From Ascidiella aspersa (lineage: Eukaryota), in contig OZ004608.1 of NCBI GenBank assembly GCA_963924565.1, positions 1,922,001-1,986,000 of the forward strand: DNA of 64,000 bases. The letters are read 5' to 3'. The translations under genes and the position numbers were made by a program. Under the pieces are notes generated by a model. That model did not search any database. It was given only the letters and a program-made list of their open reading frames with translations, and was not told where the DNA came from. Position 1 is the stretch's first letter. The number at the start of each line of letters is the position of its first letter. Shown here piece after piece: positions 40,701-55,744 of this stretch.

Positions 40701-43700
40701 TGTGTATTTATATACAGAGCGTTCCAGCATTCTATATCCAGCAGTGCCTATAAATACACATGGGTGCACAAAAATAAACCGACATTTTCCCATAGCACGG
40801 CATAAGTAGTGTACATTGAGGTTCTCACCATATACAGTATATAGAACGGAAACGATGTACGTCAACGAGGTTACAGTGGAAGGCGGGTCAATGACCCAGG
40901 GTTACAGAGGCGCGCACGCATGGAAATATACGTTGTAGTGATGATTTCATAAAGACAACAGTGAAGTAATAAATAGGCAAGACCCGGTACTGAGCCTATT
41001 TATCAGGGCCACGTTTTTATGGCACGAATCTCAACCAAACAAGCTATGTACCAAGTATGACAATTTTAATTTCAATTATATGACAAAAACTTACAAAAAA
41101 ATGTAAAATGCAAATTCTAACCGCCAATGACCAGTGGTGTAAGTCACGTAACAACTTAATTAAACTTTAGTCAAACAGATTTCATTAAAACGTATCTTTC
41201 GTCAACGCACGTGCTGGCAGACTAATATTGCAACATATCTTGAGACCAGCTAACCCTATATAGTATTTTTCAACCGTTTAAACAACGCTTAAAGTGACAT
41301 AGTTTTTGTTACTCCAAAGGCATTCAAAGGCAAAACTTTTTAAAGTTCAGTGTCCAGTTACAGAAAATAAGACGTTACTTTATATTAAACTCTCTCTACA
41401 TTCATGTACATTCTTTCCACCAAATATTGAGTTGCGGCCCAAAGGTTGAGAAACATTGAGTTAACCAAACCACGATATTTCGTTTTATTCTAGTGCTAAT
41501 AGGTTGGAATATTTTGTTAGGCCTCCCAATGCATCTAGTACCTACCTTCATGTACATTGCTTCAATGGGAACAATGCCGAAATGTTCGTTAGCTGGTGTG
41601 TAGAGCACTGCTGTACTGGCCTTGTAAACCTCCAGCTTCTTTTGGTCGCTGATTGAAAGCAGGAAAGTCACTTTGTCCTTAACTCCCTTTTTACCTGCGT
41701 TGTTGGAATAATTGCGGGTCAGGTCAGTGCTTTTAATCTCTTAGGATTTCGTGGATTACAGAGCTATTTTCTCAAATAATTGTAATTAGTGAAATGCTTG
41801 CTGTAAGACTCTATTTTTTCTTCGTGGGAAAACAAATATAACCTTTGAAAAAAATAATAACCTTTGAAAGGTTTAATAAGAACCACAGAGTTCCAGCAGT
41901 TTTACCTTTTAAAGATTCATTTCACCCCCTTAAAAACGTAAACAAATTGAAAATTTGCGACACTCGAAATTTCGGACATAAAAGCGATCTGATACCATAT
42001 TTGGTTAAGCACAACTCAATGCTGAATTTCTATTAAATGTAAAAAGCGTTCATCTCAGTCAACTCTCAGCAAACAACGATCAAATGGCACCTGCTAGTTT
42101 AACAAGTTCCTCGTGGTACATCACGTTCTCAAGCACCCGTTGATCATATCCTCCCGCCATGATCAGATGAACTTTCGCCCACTCATGGTCACTCACGCGA
42201 TCACGAATCAGACCTGCGTGAAAAACATGAAGCTAAATGGAATATATGTTTAAAAAGTTGGTAAAAACAGTTTTTTTGTGATTTCTGCTTTTTGACATGA
42301 TTCTTGTGTAAAGATTTAAGTTCGCTAACATGTTGCACAATTAGGAAAATTTTCGAAGTTCAACATTTCCTTCCTAAAATAGCTTATGAACATATCTTTA
42401 GTTCTTTCGATATGATTTCTGGCTTGCCTATGTTGTTAATTACAATTGTAGAAAAATATTGGATGATATAGAACGTCGTAATTGTTAAAAATGGGAGTTA
42501 TATCAAAATGAAAGAAAAATTAAAAGTATAAATTTTGCGTTGACTGTGAAATGGGCTTTTATCGAAAATTCATTAAATTGTAGTGGAATTAAGGCTACAA
42601 AAAGTATAACTTCTACTAGCCTTAAATTTGTGTGGAAAAGCCTTTCACTTTAACTCGAAAACGACCTATACATAGATTTGAACTCGGTGAGAAATGTTGT
42701 TGCCAAAAGCACAAGCACACACTGTACATTGTGAACAGCCAAGTTGTGGCTTGTAGGTAACTGCTGACGTGAAAGCGCAAGAAATCCAACCCAGGTTGGT
42801 AAACCACAGCTTGGTTGAAGGACCAGCCAAGCAAGCTCTCATCTAACAATGTTTTGTCTACCTTGGTGCCAGCACTCGAAAACAAGCTACTTCTGGTTGC
42901 AAGTGATTAAAGGTAGCTAAACTCGAAACTTAAAACACAGAAATTTAAGTTTGACATTTATTAATATAACCGAAAAGTTGAGAAACTGTAAAACTAAAAA
43001 GATGTGTTTCGTACCACATTTTAGCCTGCAAAAATATTTCTATTTGATGTTGTTAACTACTAATGATGCATTTTAAGTTTATATTTATTTACTTTTTGCA
43101 CCAAAACGAACCGTTTCCGGCTTATATTTCCAAAAAACAATAGCCTTACTGATTTTAAGTTTTAAAAGTGTGTGTATCGAACAGCTAACAAAAATCGTGA
43201 ACCCCAATTTCTTGATAATCGGAATTATAATCGCGTTTCAATGCGCTCTATTTTTACGAGTTGCAGGCGAATTGAAACCAGTCACACATCAAGATTGTGG
43301 TGAAGTACTGCTTATAGGTGGGGGGGTTATTTACCCCTGAAATTTTGGTTCGATTGCATACTTGAAAAACAAGTAAAACGGAAATTGAAACGGAAATGGA
43401 GTCTAAATCCATTTATGGAGAAAGTGCGTTGCTTCCATTAAAAAAATATTATTTTCAAAACTTTCATTCCACTTTTCAAACAATACAACAGGATTTTGAT
43501 CAGGCCTTCATGGACCCCCTATAACTAGTCGACGTGCCCCAATGGTTCCACAGACGCCAGTTAAGAATCCATGTCATAGACACACAACAGCTTATAGCAC
43601 CATGTTAAAATCTTTCCACAAACTTGAAAGTAAGCAAGATATGATATTTCTTGTTGTGTATTTGCCCTGGGGATATGTTAGTCCAAGGTTGCACTGAAAA

Positions 43701-46700
43701 GTGTTCATTGAACAAAAAAAGCCAACATCTACTGGCTTAATCTTGTACACTTGTGATTGTGACTCACACCTACAGAAAAGCAGGTTTTTGTGGAAATGTT
43801 CTGCATTATGCCGAAATTTACCGACGTGGTTATTTCCGCAGGAGTCTATTCAACTGTATATTCAATTGTATATTCAACTGTATATTCAATGGTACGATAA
43901 TTAGGGTTTTGGGCTGCTTTATAGCTGAAATTGCAGTAGTTTAAAGATCACTAACTTAATGAAAAGGTGCAGAGCTATAAACGCAACGTCAGAACTCAAG
44001 CGACATAAAAATATTCCTATTCCAGTATACAAACGCCAGGTTGAAAGACAAAGATTTGGGATGATAGTGTTCAAGTATGTACGATACTTGACATTTTGTT
44101 CCGATACGATACGCAATATTTCGGATGAAAAGCATTGCGACTCAATACCAAATGACGTCCTTACTATGCTCAAAGAAGCAAAATAGGTGAAACTAAAACC
44201 TTTTTTTCGTTTTTATTATGGGTTAATACGCCAAAATTGCTTTGACATTACAAAGTGTAATTACGTTCAGTTGTTACACTACTATTTTTTTGACCTTTAT
44301 GTAGAAATAACTGAGCCTAATGTAAAAGTAGCTGCGCCCAATACTATCACTTGGCATAGAGTTACATCCCTTCTAGGGAATTCACCCGTGGTTCTATTTT
44401 AATGCACGGGAAAAAGACAGCATTTAAAGTTGCTTTTTAGAATCACGACCGAAGTTCTGCGAATTGAAGAAATTAATTTGTGACAGGCGTGATCCATAAT
44501 TACCAGTGTTGTAGACTAGTCATTTTAATCCAAGTCATGTGCATCAAATAAAAAGTTAAAATATTAAAATTGGTAAATTCGTCTGATCTGGGCAATGTTT
44601 TAACATAAAAAACTGTTTTATTTGCAGTAATTTAATTGAAACAAACCGAATTTAAAAAAATTACCCCGAAGTTTTTCATTAAACATTTGCCTCTCCTACA
44701 AAACATTATCTCTTACGTTAATATTTTGAACATACTTCATGTAAAATTTGCAAGACAAATAAACACTCCAGTAAAATTTTCAAGAGCAATTTGTAGTTAC
44801 AAGGTAAATGTTTCATAGGATAACAACCGTTGCATTTCCGAAATGCTGACATCAGTTAGCTGGACTTTATTCAATGCACGGATGTTAGTGACTCATCCAT
44901 TTATTCAAGTTGTCACAACGTTAGACGCTTTAAAACTATATTGTTATGCATTTGTTTGTTATAACTGCGCATTTGGAATTTTTTACACTGTTGGTGAAAA
45001 AAACAGCTATAAAACGTAAAACCTGACGTGGTATTTTATACGACGTTTTTCAGTTGTATTCTTTAAATAACATGGCGCTTATAATAAAGCAATTTTCAAT
45101 TTAAAATCCGCTGAACAAAAAACACAAGCTGGTTTTATTTTATTAATTTTTTAAAACATTGAATAAAAACCCTATTTTGGCGTTAATATGACACAAAGGC
45201 GGATGAAATTTATCTTTTTTATCCCATGCTTCATCTTAACAGCGGGGCAAAGTGGTTTTAATTTGTTTGAACAAACAGTTATTGACGGGCCACTGCCATT
45301 TGGGCCGAAAAGTGCGTTAGTGGAAGCACGTACAGAGGTTGAATAGAGCGTAAAGTTGAGAGACGTGAAAATATGAGGTAAAATAAGCTGGGTTGGGCAA
45401 GGATACTTTAAAAAACTACAAGTAACTATAGCGTATAATAAAGCGTTTTTCGTTTGTTAAACATGCCTTCGTGACCTTATCCGGCTTATAGCTCACAAGT
45501 ATGCTTAAACACTATTAGTTAGACGTAGAATGAACATCAAAGCCCATATAGAAGTAGGTAGATTATTTTGAACTTTGAAATAACGAAATGTTAAAAATAA
45601 ATAAACGATTTATTAGAAACGTTCAAAATGGCACCTACTTCTACAATGTTCAACTACAACCGTATTTTGTTTGTAATTTCACAGGGCGTTTTGACGGCAC
45701 AGGCGTGGATCTAACGTTTTGCACTAATTTAATTTTTTCCCATCGATCTGAACTTTTTATCTTGTTTTTTTTTTTTTTTGTCGAAAAAACCACCAGCTGA
45801 AAATATTAAGACAACATTAGGTAAAAAACTTCAAAAAAACGAAAATTAGTTTGTTGTTATGACACGATAAACGCATTTTTCTAATACTGATGACACCCAT
45901 AGGAGGGAAATATATTTTGTTTAATCTTAATCATTGATGTGCAACCAGAATCGCTTGTTTTTTACATTCGGATTCAGGCAGATTCTCCTATACGCAATTT
46001 TGAATACCAGCTGCAAATGTGTTAAAATTAATCTATACTTTCTATTGGTGCGAAAAGGAAGTGTAATACACAGTAACAATAATACAAACAAAAGGTTGTG
46101 GGGCTTAAATTACTAGAGCAGTGGTTCTAAACCCACTATTTGTGTGCGATTAGAGACCATTATATCAAATCACATTTTCCTACATGTTTTAAGTTGATAA
46201 TGTTGTTCCAGTTTCATTTATAGAGACATTTTTATGTAAAATACTCAACGAAAATTCCAATCGGGGTGCCGAAAATCTATTTGTTATTTTTTGGGGGAGC
46301 CATAAAAGGTTGAGAATCACTGGGCTAGAGCGGGCATACCGATCAGAGCAAAACAGCACTTAACACCAAACTAAATAGACTCGCCTCTGGTAGAAAAGCT
46401 TTCACAAAAATGATGGGAGTTCCTCAAAACCGTTATGTTTGGCACATGTGCGGCTCGAAGAACGCGATTTTGCTTGTAAGATTTTATCAAATAGACATTT
46501 GAACCTCGCATCTTTAGTGTACAGAGTACATACATTAATTTTGTTTTCAAATTTAGATACGTGTTATTTATCATTGCAAAAACGATATACATTTGCTCAA
46601 ACTGCAAAAAAAATAAAGATTTATAATTGGTCAAAAACTGCACTACGCATAGAGTGTGAGTCCCCAAATAGCTCTAGGATGTAGAAAAATAGAATTGTTG

Positions 46701-49700
46701 GAAATATTTCTCTTAGTTGCAAGTATTATTTGTTATGATATATGCCAAAAAGAAAAAAAAAGACAAATGAAGTCTTAATTTTGTAACAATCTTAACTTAA
46801 AGAAAAACGCAGTACAACATTAATTTCAGATCTAATTGAGCGATGTCGAACATCATTTAGTAAACTTAACTACCCGGAAAATAAATACAGATTTTTTACA
46901 AAATAAGTTATCCATATTTTAACGGTTAAAAACTCTGACATAACAGGACAAACACGTCAAATAAGCTAAAACAGAATGAAGCAAGTTAAAGTAAGGTATC
47001 TATAGTCTCGCCATTGTTAAGCATTACACTAAGTTTGGTAAAGCGCATTTTGATGTAAGTGCCTAATGACCTATTTAATTGTGTAAGCATTCTATTACTT
47101 GCGGTCAAAGGTCACTGAGCACATGGTGCCTTGACATTGTAGTTGTCCTTACGGCAGTTGGTGTTACTACCTTGACGCGGTAGGAGCTCATATTGTTAGT
47201 TACTTGTAAGTGTTGATGATGTTTAACTTACACTGACGCTCTTTTAATAACATTGTTTTGTATTCATTCTAATTAAGATATGAATCCACTTGTATAAGCC
47301 TTTGTGTTAAAAATAAACTCCTGTACACTGATAAAGACTTCAGCATACGATCGGATCCATTAGTTTTCAGCCATAACAAAGGTATGTATAGGTTTCGCAC
47401 TTAACAAAGGTCACTAGGTACGCGCTAAAAATTCAAAGTAGGGCCGAAAGAAAAATACGTCACAGGTTAGCTGACCGCAACTTATGACGTCACGATTTCC
47501 TGAACTGGCCCGGTATGAAACGCTTCCTTGAAAAATGACGTACGCTGTAGCGGAACATATAGCGTCATTTTAACGTATACACGTAATACTATTTTGATTC
47601 GGTGTAAATACACATGACTGTATTTAGATTGCGCCGCTGTTATATTTATATTTGATGTTTTGCCGAATCATTTAAATGGACAAACACGACCGAGGACTAT
47701 GTTTTTGGCTTGGATGGAAATTTTCGGATAACCACAATGTTAATCCAATAAATTGGAAAATCCATTTGATTGATGTTACATAAGCAGTGCAGGTATTTTT
47801 AGGTTGTAGCTCGCACAACATACAACTAAACTATATATATAGGTCGTGCGTGAAAATATGTGATTATCAAAATACCAACATGAACACATGGCTCTGGCTA
47901 TTTTAATTTAATGCAATTTTCAGGAGTATTTTTATATTTCAGTGTTGCTTTTTTTGAGATGTAAAAATATGACCCGCGGTTACAATTTTTTTTGGCTTGT
48001 GCGTAAAAAATAGTATAACTAAAATTACTCATACGATGATTTGTGCCGCAACATATTCAAATTATTCATGTGGGTAAACTGGAAGTAAACGTTCATTATA
48101 AATTTAAGGGAAATATTTCAGCCTATTTTTTACATCCTAGAGCTATGTGGGGACTCACACTCTACGCGAAGTGCAGTTTTTGCCAAATTATAATTTTTTA
48201 TGTTTTTTGCTGCTTGAGCAAATGTATATCGTTTTTGCAATGATAAATAACACGTATCTAAATTTAAAAACAAGATTAACGCCTGTACTCTGTACACGGA
48301 AGATTCAAGGTGCAAATGTAGCAAAGTGAAAATGATTGCAGACAATTGGGATAACTTAAACTATTGATCTAAATAGGCTGAAATCTTATCAATAAATTGG
48401 GAAAAAACTTTGGTATCTAGAGAATTTGCCTGGCAAATCAAAATATTTAGGGTGTGTTATTAGCCAATTTAAATTTATTTAAAAAAAAACTAAAAAAATA
48501 GCTTTTAAAATTTAAAATAAATAAACAAATTTAAACAGAAAAACTTGAAGCTACTTGCCAAAAAAAATATGAATTTAAAGGTAAAATAATGTTAAGACTG
48601 TTTATGAAAACAGGTATAAAAATAAAATCATTTCTTAAAAGGTACCATCAGTTTCTTATTCAAATAAACACTTTGTTTCACAATTTATTGTCGGTGGGAG
48701 ATCCCTTACTTCCGAAAGTGTTTCAGCTTTTGAAGTAAAATTTACAAACAATCTCACCTATTTATTTACCACTATAAAAAAACAATACTTTTCCTAAATT
48801 TCCTTCGTACATGTTTAGTATAAAATTCAAACAGAAAAGCTTTAGGATACTTGCACAAGAAAATAAAAATTAAAAAAAAAACTTACCTAATGCTTCAATG
48901 GCCAGGGCCAAGTTCTTTTTCCGCTCGTATCGATTTATTGAAAGGAAAATATGTTTTGCGGTGGAAGGAGTCGCAGAATCCCTCCTCGAAGTTCGCATGC
49001 TGTGCAGCGTTTGGTCGTAGAAGTCTGTGTTGAGACTAGGATGCAAAACGTGTGTTTCGATCGCTCCAAGACTTGTGAATGTTTCGCGGAAAATTTCGGC
49101 TGAAAAACAAAAAGTGTGATTAATCTTTAATCAATAAGCTAATCTAAATAATCTGTACAAATTTAAACTGTCAGCGTAAACACCATAAAGTCTTCAGATA
49201 TTAGGCATGTTTGTGCAATTGTTTGTATTATATTAATAATCATTTTCTCAAGTATGAAGTTAAATTACATATACTAGATAAATTTACATCTAAACACTAG
49301 AAACTTAAAATGTTAGGTAACAACTTTATCAAACAACGTTCAATAAGATTGCAGAAAAACAATTAGCTATTACTGTGATATCTTTTTTTGAAATTAGCAT
49401 ATAATTATATACAAACTGCCTTAAAAAGGTGTAGCTCTACCTGTGAAATGGCTGTTAACTAGCACCATATCTGCCATTCCAGTTGATTTTTCTTCCATCC
49501 AATCAATGGGCTTCCGATATAAGGTTTTCAGCCACGTCGTTCGCTTTGTGAGGAGCTGGTCAGGAAAGTGGCAGTAAAATACAATCTTCGCTTTCGAGAA
49601 ATACCTTCAAAATTTAAGTACAACATATACAGGGTTGCCACATAATTTTATGAAATAAATTTTAAAACTAGACTTTTAAATAAAATTTATAGCTTTTTAA

Positions 49701-51158
49701 AAACCTAAACTGGATAACTCAATGTTTTTGTTGAACATAATTAAAAAAATAGTATAAATAACATGTCAACACAATACCAAGTAGTTTAAAAATTGGTTTT
49801 ACAAGGGTACTTTCTAATAACATAACCTACGATGCACATAAAATAGATTTACACAAAATATTTTAAAAACTTTTCAATTGGCAAATTAATTATAAGACTT
49901 TTAAAGATTGAAAGATTTGTTAAAGTGAAAACGACCTAATCTTACACCAGAAAAAAAAAATATTTTTTTAGCAAAGTATTAAAATTTTTTTTTCACTTTT
50001 GTAAAAAAAAAATAAAAAAATATCACAACAATAATATTTGCTTACTTAAGTATAGGAATGCATACTGATACTTGATCGCAGAATATGACGTCAGGTTTCA
50101 GATTGGAAAGTGTAATGAGGTAAAGTGCGATGATTATCATTCGAAGGTAAGCTAGTAGGGCATGGAAAGCACCAAATATACTCCGAGGAATCCAATTTCC
50201 GATCACATTCACAAACAGAGTTCCATTCTTTGTTTCTGTGGAAAGCATAATTAGCTTTAATGGATATACAAACAAATAGAATAAAGTGGTTATTCGATTA
50301 ACAAATAGTTCGGAAGAAAAATGCTATGACCATAGACAGTATGGCAGAATGCTGGCAACTTGGCAATCATGTCGACCAAAGAATCAGCCAGAAAAACGGA
50401 TAAATAATCAACATTTGCTTGCATTTTGCCTTGTTCATTGCCTAACACCACAAGGTTCATATTTATAGAAGGCAAACAAAGCATTTAACTTTCACGATGC
50501 AAGAAAACATTGAATAATTTGGAAAAAAAAATGCTTCTCACTAAAAGGCTTGCAAGATTTTGCCAGCCTGACTACAGATTTATTAAGATGTATACGGTTT
50601 TTATGAAACAGAATTACAATATTTCAGATCAACTACTAATATAATGGGTAAGAAAACAAAAGGCCATCATTGAGTAATACAATCCCACCGTCATTATAAT
50701 TTTTCAATAAATTTTTCTTCTCTGTTTATTGAATATCAAAACCTCTATTTTTTGTTGGGTCTGGAATTAGGCAACCCCCGGTAAACAAGTATTATGACAT
50801 TAACTTCTCTGTAATGATGTATTTTTTAAAAAATAACGCTTTACATAATCAATAAATGTGGAAATACACTCTGAACAACTAAATCAATGTATATTCATAA
50901 ATCAGTGTATGATGCGTGAGCGAGCCGAAAAAAAATAGCCACTTTTAAAAATATGGGCAAATATTCGACCCATTCTGTATTCAAATGTTGATTGTGTATA
51001 ATACCTTCAAAACAATGTCGCTTGTCGTGATGGCCAGTGATAAAGCTGACCCGATGACCTTTCGACTTCAACGCTAACGCAGCGTCCACCACAAGTCGTT
51101 CTGCTCCACCGATTCCAAGATCAGGATGGACAAAAACAATCTGCTTTCGATTCTCCAT
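37757..51158 (-). CDS. ALG2: Alpha-1,3/1,6-mannosyltransferase ALG2 (GT4), 8 exons, 409 aa
   Basis: Exons: 51158-51005, 50235-50046, 49604-49441, 49099-48887, 42213-42091, 41694-41546, 39891-39788, 37889-37757. Total 1230 nt, phases consistent. Motifs: [71 protein letters not shown] (EX7E), NSGGPLET. Confidence 0.96.
43847..43890 (+). repeat. 12-bp minisatellite (tattcaactgta) x~3.7
   Basis: Direct reading of the sequence. Confidence 0.9.
46119..46322. mobile_element. hAT (Charlie-like) MITE
   Basis: Termini cagtggttctaaacc / ggttgagaatcactg; TSD-like tactagag/ggctagag. Confidence 0.65.
46499..48308. repeat. Long inverted repeat pair (~210-bp arms: ~46499-46715 and ~48105-48308) in ALG2 intron 4
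   Basis: aaatttagatacgtgttatttatcattgcaaaaacgatatacatttgctcaa...agagtgtgagtcccca and its reverse complement. The pair also explains the mirror-image ORFs in the ORF track. Confidence 0.85.
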
Positions 51159-52172
51159 TCCAATTTTCAGGTTTAAAAATTTACAAATCCTAAACATAAA
51201 ATAAACATGGCACATTGTACAGCAATTCCATTTGAAAAGAGTCTTTTAAAGTTTTTAAGATTAATTAATTTCTGTCTTTTTCCGACGAATTGAAATGTTT
51301 GCCAAGATGTACTTTCATCCTGCGTTCATGCTGTGATTAAAATATCCTTTTTATTTTTATTTAATAGAAAAATTCATAGAAAAGTGCATAACAGCCTTAA
51401 ACTGTTTGGAGGTAATAAAGCTTTAACATATACTAAAGAGATGAATGCCTTAATCATAACACAAAGACCCAGAAACCTACAGTCAGTGTCTCGGACTAAA
51501 ACTTTGATAAATTAACAGCACTGTCTTTGCTAAGTATATCTTCAATAATTGACTGTCCTATTATTTAAAATATTTACAATAGGTTGTTAACGCGGACAAC
51601 AGTAAATTAATCATTGAATATATATAATTACAAATGGGTATATGTGTCACCATGCAAGCCGTGAAAACATTGAATAGTCACTTCTTAAACCTACTTACCC
51701 AGCAAAGGAATTAAAACAGATAAAGAAATAAAGCATAAAAATTTTGCAAACCAAGAAATTAAATCTAAATATACCACCACCTGAACCCAAACCCCAGCCA
51801 ATGCATAATGACTAACTGGTGTATGTATTCCTAAGCAATCCGGCTAAATAGACACTTTATTAAAAATGTTACAATAAATGTCAATGCCTATGATTTTAAC
51901 TTTGATAAAGGTTTGAGTTCTTCATAAAACTGTCTTAGTTCTAACGTACACTTTAAAATAAACAACTCTCATCTCTGTCAAAACGTTTGTCACTGGTCTT
52001 GAATCGTAATACACTTTCATGGGTTTATATCGTCAACAATATTTTGGTAAAGGTGCGAGTTAGCGTTTGATAGGTGTTGGGTCAAGCTGTATTATTATAT
52101 TTATTCTGCTGTGTTTGTTTTTTCCTTGTAATTTAAATTTTGTCAATTCGTTTGGTTAATGTAAAAGAAAAG

Positions 52173-52373
52173 GGCGCTGGTCTAGAATCCTACCACAACA
52201 AACAATATTTTGGTTTGGGTCCGGGTTAGCGTTTGGGTTAGGGTGGGTCAAGTATTATTATTAAATAATGAATATAATAATACTTCACCCACCCACACCC
52301 AAACACTAACTCTCACCCTAACACAAATATTGTGCATTGATTTAATAATGTGGTAGGATTCTAGACAAGCGCC
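52173..52373. mobile_element. MITE with 25-bp TIRs and 8-bp TSD (Merlin-like termini)
   Basis: Left end ggcgctggtctagaatcctaccaca and right end tgtggtaggattctagacaagcgcc. Both sides are flanked by aagaaaag (52165-52172, 52374-52381). The internal arms are also complementary. Confidence 0.8.
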
Positions 52374-55300
52374 AAGAAAAGTGGTAGGATTCTAGAACAG
52401 CCATTGCCATACAAACATGCTGTAGCTACTTTTCTTAAAAATGTTACAATAAGCGTCAATGCCTACGATTTTAACCTAAATAATTTTAATGAGTTTTCAC
52501 ACTGTCTTTGGAAAAGAACACTTTTAATAACCAACTGATCTTGATTAAAACCTTTTAATACTTTGCAATGCTTGCGAGAACCTTCCATAAAAGCTAGGGC
52601 AACGTGCCACGAAACTCTACCTTCTGTGAAACGTTTTACTCGTGGAACAATTTTGTCGTCCAACACAGCTATGACGTCACACCGCTATCAGCTGTTTCTT
52701 GCATGACGATTATTCAGCATTTCTTTTTTCTGCGAGGCTGTGTCCATTAAATAATTAATTAGCGTGGTTTTAAAATTCGAATACAGTTAGATCAAAGAGA
52801 TTCTAAACTATGGAAAGCCATTGATTTATCATAGGGATATCTGATACTTGATATTTCATTTAAATCCGCGATTCTTTGAGTAAAAAGGGTTACGATCCGG
52901 TTCCATACCACATGACGTCATTACTAACCATCAGAAATTGTACCGATACCACTTGGCATCCAGTATCGGCCCGATTCGATAATATCGGTCATCTTTCTTA
53001 ACCCTGTATTGACTCCTACGATAGGGTTCCATTTTTGAACCGAAAAAAAACGGACACAATTATGTAAGGTTCTAGCGGCACCAATATGTTTTATAAAAGC
53101 ATTTTTTCCCAAATTTGTTAAATCCACACATTATTTTCCAATTTATCCCACGTAACTGGATTAGTCAAGGTAAAAAATCTCTCACAGACGCAAAGTGTAA
53201 CACCAAAATTCCTGACAAAAGTCCAAAAAACTGGACGTATGGCAACCTTATCTTACAATTATCTACAATTCTCAAGGAAATTTGCAAATTTTACAGCAAA
53301 CATGCCATTAACTATGCGCCATCAGCATAAGTCAACCAACCAACCACATTCAGTTTTGTGTTGGCTGCAAGATATGGGAATTCTTCTTGCGTGAGAAAAC
53401 TGAAAATCCGTGGCACGTCTCATCTCATCAAGTCAGCTGACAACGCGACATTATATTTTAACTTATCTTGGTTCAATTTTGCACTGCGCATGTCAAAGTG
53501 TCGTATTGACTGGTATTTAAACATCGCGCATTCCTGATAAGTCAACCAGGTTAATTTGGAAAGGCAGGACTCACGTTGCGTCTGCAATATTCCACGGGGT
53601 AAAATAAAAACCTGACTTTTTGTAATAAACGTTTATGACATTTTACAAACGTATTTATAACAATTGAAAATGATGCACATACATATGTGTGTTAACAACT
53701 GTGATCTAGCCCTTCCGAAGCTGCCTTTATGACCAACGATTACGGCTTACGTATCATAGTACACCGAAAGCCATCGCAGCCTTATAGCAGGCTAGTTGTT
53801 GTTCTAGCCTGCGCTGCTTGCATCATTGATCGACAGATTCGGTGAGTCTGCGATGGATGTGGTGTACGCATTTATAACATTTTATATTTACCGCTGATAA
53901 TAAACGCCGGAAATGTTTTGCAGTTTTGTCTAACTTTACCTCACAACTGGAAATGTTTGATAATGTCGGATCGGAGACGATACCCGATACTAAATTGATT
54001 AGTCCATTAGATCTATGTTTTGAAAGCCTTTTCTAGTTTAAAAAAACATTGAGAAAATATATTGTCTAAAAAATCGAACATAAATAGGCTAGGTGATGTA
54101 TAACGCAAAACTACTTCGGCGCAAATACTATAAAAATGATCAACATTTCACTTATTAAGTCGACTTATTTCGATGGTAATGACGTCATTCGGTATTGATT
54201 CGATATTTTTTGCCTGAATATCGGGTTTTGGAATGATAAACCAAGTATCGAGCATCCCCACTTACAACAAAACTTAAATTAGAGCGATAAGCTGCTAACA
54301 TTAATTGTAATATAATTTGTAAATTGCTGGCGTTCTAATTCTTGTTATAAGTTTATTTAGGCTACGTTCTAATTAACCGATAAAACTACTTCGTCCAACG
54401 GCGAATTCAGTTTCTTAATAGGAACAAATTTTTCGCTACAAAAATGCCTTAAAACTGTCAATCTAGGCTAAACTCTTTTACATTTACATAGCTATAAGAC
54501 AATATGCGATTTAATTAAAATGATGGCGAATTGACAAAATATAATTAATTTTTTTAATTTAATTCTGCAGATTCCTTATCTAATTTGGCAAAACAGAAAA
54601 GTTCCAATGTTATGCTAATCCAATTTCAGAAATACGCTGAAAGATTTCTATTTGTCTAAGTCTGTTCGCGATACCACGTGTTATCTGTCCTTATAGCACT
54701 GCGTGACTTAATAGTGATTAGGCATTAAAAATCTAATTATAACCGGCATTACTTATATATCTCCGCCTACGCAACATATTGCTGATGAGAATTGCCTTGC
54801 GTCAGCCAATTAAGGAATGACTCTACAGAAAGTTGCAAATTTACCAAGCGCGTGCAAAAAACACTCTAATGACACCTCTGGTTTTTTGTGAGTGTCATAA
54901 CTCTTGATTTATGGCTTAGCAGCATATGTTGCAGAGTGACACGACAAATGTGTATGCTGTTCTTAGTAAAATGACCTTATTATTTACTGGGATTATTTAT
55001 GCCTAATGTCAATGTTACAAACAATTAATGAAACACTTATGAAATTTGACAGCTGTATTTTTTGCCTAAAACATTACTTATTGGTATTGGAATAAAACAC
55101 AAACTGTCAGGCATAGAAACGACTTGCTTACCTAACTACATGAACCACCCTGCTAAAACTAACTTACAACTTTTTCCCCTATAATATAAATATCCTTCTC
55201 GGCTTAGGTTTTTCAACTTACGAACCACAGGTACAAGCACATGCTATTTATTGATAGGCAGTTAACAACAACCATGCTTGTAGTGTGGTGATGAGGGTAG

Positions 55301-55544
55301 AACAACAAGTAGATCAACAACTACATCGGGAGCCGCAGCTTGTGTACCGGCCAAGTAAAACCACAACGAAATAATATATATAAATGCGGCGACACGCGCA
55401 GGAAATACGACAAAATACGCCCATTCCATCCAATATACGCCAAATTATGGTAAAAGTTCTGTACAATATTGGGTGAAATCGAGGTAAGTTTTGTACCGAA
55501 TGTTGTTGATTTAATTTAAGGTTGATTTGGGTTTTTTAATGGAG

Positions 55545-55608
55545 TTTTCGCACTGTTTAGCATTATTTTCGCACCGTTTATCATTATTTTCGCACCGTTT
55601 AGCATTAT
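55545..55608 (+). repeat. 21-bp tandem repeat (ttttcgcaccgtttagcatta) x3
   Basis: Direct reading of the sequence. Confidence 0.9.
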
Positions 55609-55744
55609 AGGTTAAAAAGTGATGGAAACACATGAAAGTACTGAAAATGTGTCCCGGTAAGTTTTGATACTTTCAGCTAATTTACTGAAAAACTTGGAAC
55701 CAGTTTTTGTTAGAGGTCAATTTTCTTTTAAGCAAACTCTATTT

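Noticed and set aside
46371-48345. Pairs of similar ORFs (MGTHTL..., [16 protein letters not shown])
   Set aside because: By-products of a non-coding inverted repeat; no protein features or splice support.
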